Of a DNA stretch of 53,743 nucleotides, positions 50,264 through 53,743 are shown piece after piece (position 1 is the stretch's first letter; every line of letters begins with the position of its first letter). The stretch comes from Thermoplasmata archaeon (GTDB lineage Archaea > Thermoplasmatota > Thermoplasmata > GCA-020350865): assembly GCA_020348445.1 (NCBI GenBank), contig CP070751.1:2860309-2914051 (forward strand). Reading direction: 5' to 3'. The position numbers and the translations under genes were made by a program. The notes under the pieces were generated by a model that made no database searches, was not told the origin of the DNA, and saw only the letters and a program-made list of their open reading frames with translations.

Positions 50264-51043
50264 CTAAAATTTATAAGGTGGTCGCAATATCACTTGTGAG
50301 TTATCACCAAAATTAAAAAAATATTCGATTGGCACTATTGAATAATCAACTTTTGGTACTCGGGATATTTTTTTAAATTCTATTGGTAGGTCATATAGAC
50401 CATCTTTATTTTCAACTATAAAATAGGATAAAATTGGGGAAAAAGGAGGACATCTTAATCCAGCTAGGATAGCAACTAGGTTCTGATAATCCGTTCCAAA
50501 TTCTCTTAGAATGGATAGAATTACCACAAATAACTCATGTGGATTAAATGGTTCATTTATAAAATTTAAATTAATAATTCTTTTATTATATTCATAACAT
50601 TGTCCATATTTCCTTCCTATTGTTTCTTTTATCTTCTCTCTGTGGCTTCGCTCATCATATTTATTTCGAATAATAACCGTATTTTCTTGAGCTTTTCTTG
50701 TAAATAGAATCTTGGGTTCAATTTTATTATCAATATTCCTTGATATAGTGTAAAATTCGGTTCCAAGTTCATTTAACCATTTTTGAGTTTTTCCTATCAA
50801 TGAATCAGGAAAATAGCCATGGTGATTCGTACATTCTACCACATATCCATTTCCAATATCAAAATCAGGTGTTTGATTTTTATTTCTTGTAATCTTTTTA
50901 GGTTTGAAACCTAAACGGATCAACTCAATTTCGAGAGATTTCTCAGAAAATGGATCAAACAAATTAATGGGAATCCGTGTGTTTTTCCAAGTATTCCCGA
51001 CTTTAATTTGTCCAAATATAGATTGGTTTCTTATTTTCATCAT
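50264..51043 (-). CDS. Hypothetical restriction-endonuclease-fold protein
   Basis: TPDFDIGNGYVVECT resembles PD-(D/E)XK with K->T. Confidence 0.45.
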   Translation of the reverse strand: MMKIRNQSIFGQIKVGNTWKNTRIPINLFDPFSEKSLEIELIRLGFKPKKITRNKNQTPDFDIGNGYVVECTNHHGYFPDSLIGKTQKWLNELGTEFYTISRNIDNKIEPKILFTRKAQENTVIIRNKYDERSHREKIKETIGRKYGQCYEYNKRIINLNFINEPFNPHELFVVILSILREFGTDYQNLVAILAGLRCPPFSPILSYFIVENKDGLYDLPIEFKKISRVPKVDYSIVPIEYFFNFGDNSQVILRPPYKF

Positions 51044-51229
51044 TCCATACCATTTGTTATATATGTGAAATTCGCCTTTAAAAAGGATTCGTGATAATGA
51101 TTAACAATATTATGTCTATTGTAACTTCTCAGGTATTCTTTGCTATCCCCAAAAACCTGCTTTCCTCTTCCTTATGATTTTGCTTTACAGAACGCCATAC
51201 CCTGTTCTTACAAAATCTACATCCATCAG

Positions 51230-51327
51230 AATTCCCGCCCTTCGGGCCTAAACTTCCGCCCCTCGCTCCAATCAAGTCCTCCGCTTCCGCCCTCCTGCAC
51301 TCAGTTCGAAATCACTTGGAGAACCGC
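51230..51327. other. Second GC/pyrimidine-rich hairpin element
   Basis: GCCC-TTC-GGGC (51237-51247) and CCGCTTCCGCC (51281-51291), similar to CCGCTTCTCCGCC at 48842-48854. Confidence 0.45.
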
Positions 51328-51364
51328 GATTTTTTGGTAGTTTATACTAAGGTTTTAAAAATTG

Positions 51365-53479
51365 TTAGAGAGGCACTTCCCAGACACAATCGGTTTTGGC
51401 ATGTATCCAATATCCTCGTCCTTTTTCGAAATAATCAAACTCGCCTATTTGCTCCCATTTTTGGCTAGAGGCGTTATAGGTCCAGATCGCATCAACTTCC
51501 AAATCGAATGTTAGATTATTCAGGGCAAAAGTTCTACTTTTATTGCTCAATGAGGGGTATCCTACAAGGTTCCACCCTGTTTTTAAGGTTATACTCTGAT
51601 TTTCTGTGAGAATGATACCCGAGCATTGCAATAGAACACCTCCAGGCTTAGTAATATGTATCCAAAAGCCCGTTTTATGGTCAATGGTATCCAAATCGTT
51701 CAAATTCTGTGGTTTTGAGATATGGTGATGTTTCCAAGGGTCAGAGGCATCATTAACATCATACCACTGTACAGCATCGTATGAACCATTTATTGAATCA
51801 AGAACACTTTCTAGACTTGTGTCCATCTGAATGAACGGGATAGAGACTAAATTCCAACCTTCATAGAGTTGGATAGAATAACTTTGTGATGTGTCAATCG
51901 TGAAATTCCAAACCCAATTCGGAGCAGTTGTGTTCCACATATCGGATGTATAAGTATGCCAATACCACTTGCCATCTGTTAATGGAGGGGGTTTCCAGGA
52001 TGTGGATGTAATCCAGCCACTATAGTAAATGGTGCCGCTTTCAGCATCTGGTTGGTCTGAGATTGTAAAGTTGTAGAAGACTGTGTCGTTATCTAGGTCG
52101 ATGACCTTGGTGATTACCAACGTTGATGTATTATCAATTAGAGTGAAACCGTTAGGTGGGAAAATTGAGGTTGCAATAAAAGGGGGATAGTTTGAGCGGG
52201 AAAAGTAGATATCATAATTACCATTTCGGTCGTCTTGCCATGATATATAGACCGTTCTGTTTCTAATGGCAAGAGAAGCTAAGCGTTGAAAATTAGAACC
52301 CACATCATCATTCACTCTTTGGCTTGGACTGAATGTTGAACCTCCGTCGGTGGAATTAGCAAAATAGATATCAATACCAGAACCTTCCCAAACCACACAA
52401 ATATATCCGTCGTTATTTATAGCAATGGCTGCATCCCAGTTAGATGCTCCTGTAACATCGTTCACCCTCTTATTTGGACTGAAAGTAATACCACCATCGG
52501 TAGAATTAGCAAAATAGACGCTAGTTTCCCTTTCATCTTCCCACACAATACCTATTATGTCACCATTTGCTGCAATATCAGGCCAAAATTGATAAGCGTT
52601 TCCAGTATCATCACTTACCCTTTTGTTTGAGTTAAAATTTATACCACCATCAGTTGAGTTGGCGTAATAGATATCGGGACCGGTAATTCCTGTATTTCTA
52701 TAGTCACACCAAGCAATATGAATGTTATTCCGATTATCTACAGCAATAGCAGGATCTCTCGAAGAATTATCTGCATCATTTATTTTTTTATTTATACTAA
52801 AAGTTAATCCTCCATTTGTGGAATTTGCATAATAGATGTGATAATTTCCCTCACTCCTTTTGTCTTCCCATACTATATGGATTATGTCATTGCTATCAAC
52901 TGCTATATCAGGTCTTCCTTGTTCTGTTGTTCCTCCATCATCATTAATCATCTTGCTTGTACTCCATGACATACCACCGTCAGAGGAATTCGCATAGTAA
53001 ATATCACCGTTGCTCAAACCATCTATTCCCCCATCACTTCCTACCCATCTTCCATCAGCATCATTTCGCCAATCTTCCCATACAACATGAAGTTTGCTTT
53101 TAGAATCAATAGCAATGGAAGGTATATTTTGTAAGGTATCTCCCGAGTCATCGCTCACTTTTATAGACTCATTAAAAGATAAAAGTTCATTGGTTGATTT
53201 TGCAAAATATATATCACCTCGGCCATTTGAAGGAAGACTTGGATCATTCCTATAGTCACGCCATACTACAAAGATGTTTCCAAAATCATCTACTGTTATC
53301 GAAGGTTGACATTGACTAGTAAGGTTACCTTCGATTAATAAATTAGAAGTAAAAGTTTCTGCATTTATAAATAAATTTAAGTTGCTAAACCCAAAAATAA
53401 TAACTGAAAGTGTGATGCCTAAGGTAACAAGGAATGCCCTTTTCATGGCTATTGTCTCCATCGAATATCTATTATCCAT
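51365..53479 (-). CDS. Secreted BNR/Asp-box beta-propeller protein (paralog of 46239-48326)
   Basis: Same repeats and C-terminal module; 56-bp identical stretch 51432-51487 = 46306-46361. Confidence 0.85.
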   Translation of the reverse strand: MDNRYSMETIAMKRAFLVTLGITLSVIIFGFSNLNLFINAETFTSNLLIEGNLTSQCQPSITVDDFGNIFVVWRDYRNDPSLPSNGRGDIYFAKSTNELLSFNESIKVSDDSGDTLQNIPSIAIDSKSKLHVVWEDWRNDADGRWVGSDGGIDGLSNGDIYYANSSDGGMSWSTSKMINDDGGTTEQGRPDIAVDSNDIIHIVWEDKRSEGNYHIYYANSTNGGLTFSINKKINDADNSSRDPAIAVDNRNNIHIAWCDYRNTGITGPDIYYANSTDGGINFNSNKRVSDDTGNAYQFWPDIAANGDIIGIVWEDERETSVYFANSTDGGITFSPNKRVNDVTGASNWDAAIAINNDGYICVVWEGSGIDIYFANSTDGGSTFSPSQRVNDDVGSNFQRLASLAIRNRTVYISWQDDRNGNYDIYFSRSNYPPFIATSIFPPNGFTLIDNTSTLVITKVIDLDNDTVFYNFTISDQPDAESGTIYYSGWITSTSWKPPPLTDGKWYWHTYTSDMWNTTAPNWVWNFTIDTSQSYSIQLYEGWNLVSIPFIQMDTSLESVLDSINGSYDAVQWYDVNDASDPWKHHHISKPQNLNDLDTIDHKTGFWIHITKPGGVLLQCSGIILTENQSITLKTGWNLVGYPSLSNKSRTFALNNLTFDLEVDAIWTYNASSQKWEQIGEFDYFEKGRGYWIHAKTDCVWEVPL

Positions 53480-53523
53480 ATATGAAATAATCTTATATTT
53501 AAATTAGTCGAATGGGGTTTTAA

Positions 53524-53742
53524 TCAAAATGGACTATCCGAGAAAGGTTCGAATTCCACATAATTTGAAACTTTATCGCCTTGACCGTCAGGATTGCTGG
53601 TAGAATGGTAAGGACCTGTCTCATGCCCCCACCAATTATTTTGCGCATCAATTATTATTGAGGAATAAGTATTTATTACTCCATATCCAGGCCCAGATGA
53701 TCCTCCTCCATTATTGCAGATATTATTGTAGTTAATGGTCGG
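53524..53742 (-). CDS. C-terminal end of a beta-helix surface protein running off the window
   Basis: Manual translation PTINYNNICNNGGGSSGPGYGVINTYSSIIIDAQNNWWGHETGPYHSTSNPDGQGDKVSNYVEFEPFSDSPF*, homologous to 48440-48748. Confidence 0.8.
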   Translation of the reverse strand, partial: PTINYNNICNNGGGSSGPGYGVINTYSSIIIDAQNNWWGHETGPYHSTSNPDGQGDKVSNYVEFEPFSDSPF

Positions 53743-53743
53743 G

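Overview
Archaeal chromosome segment, most consistent with an uncultured Thermoplasmatota lineage (inference from gatE, the ftsZ-secE-spt5-rpl11 cluster, large secreted vWA/lamin-tail/Ig proteins and a TM-wHTH regulator). The core backbone (aminotransferase, radical SAM, gatE, map, tsaC, alaS, site-2 protease, tandem ftsZ, secE, spt5, rpl11) is interspersed with surface-protein genes and three accessory patches. (1) Left end: solo IS200 tnpA, a nuclease-like pseudogene, an AAA ATPase and an orphan EndoU-like toxin-immunity pair. (2) Best candidate for a new system: a complete 4,210-bp IS6-like cargo transposon (37613-41822). It has 13-bp TIRs, doubled sub-terminal motifs and an 8-bp target duplication, and carries a SWIM-DDE transposase, an AbrB-like regulator, a wHTH-Zn-ribbon protein, a possible HEPN-like protein, a 7x15-bp array and an atypical long-variable-arm tRNA with a GAA anticodon. 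(3) A HEPN/PD-(D/E)XK island between duplicated beta-helix+BNR surface-protein units. A tRNA-Gly(CCC) with a non-canonical T-loop (59/60) intron is also present. No CRISPR array, rRNA or reverse transcriptase was seen. All family calls come from motif recognition by eye, not database searches.
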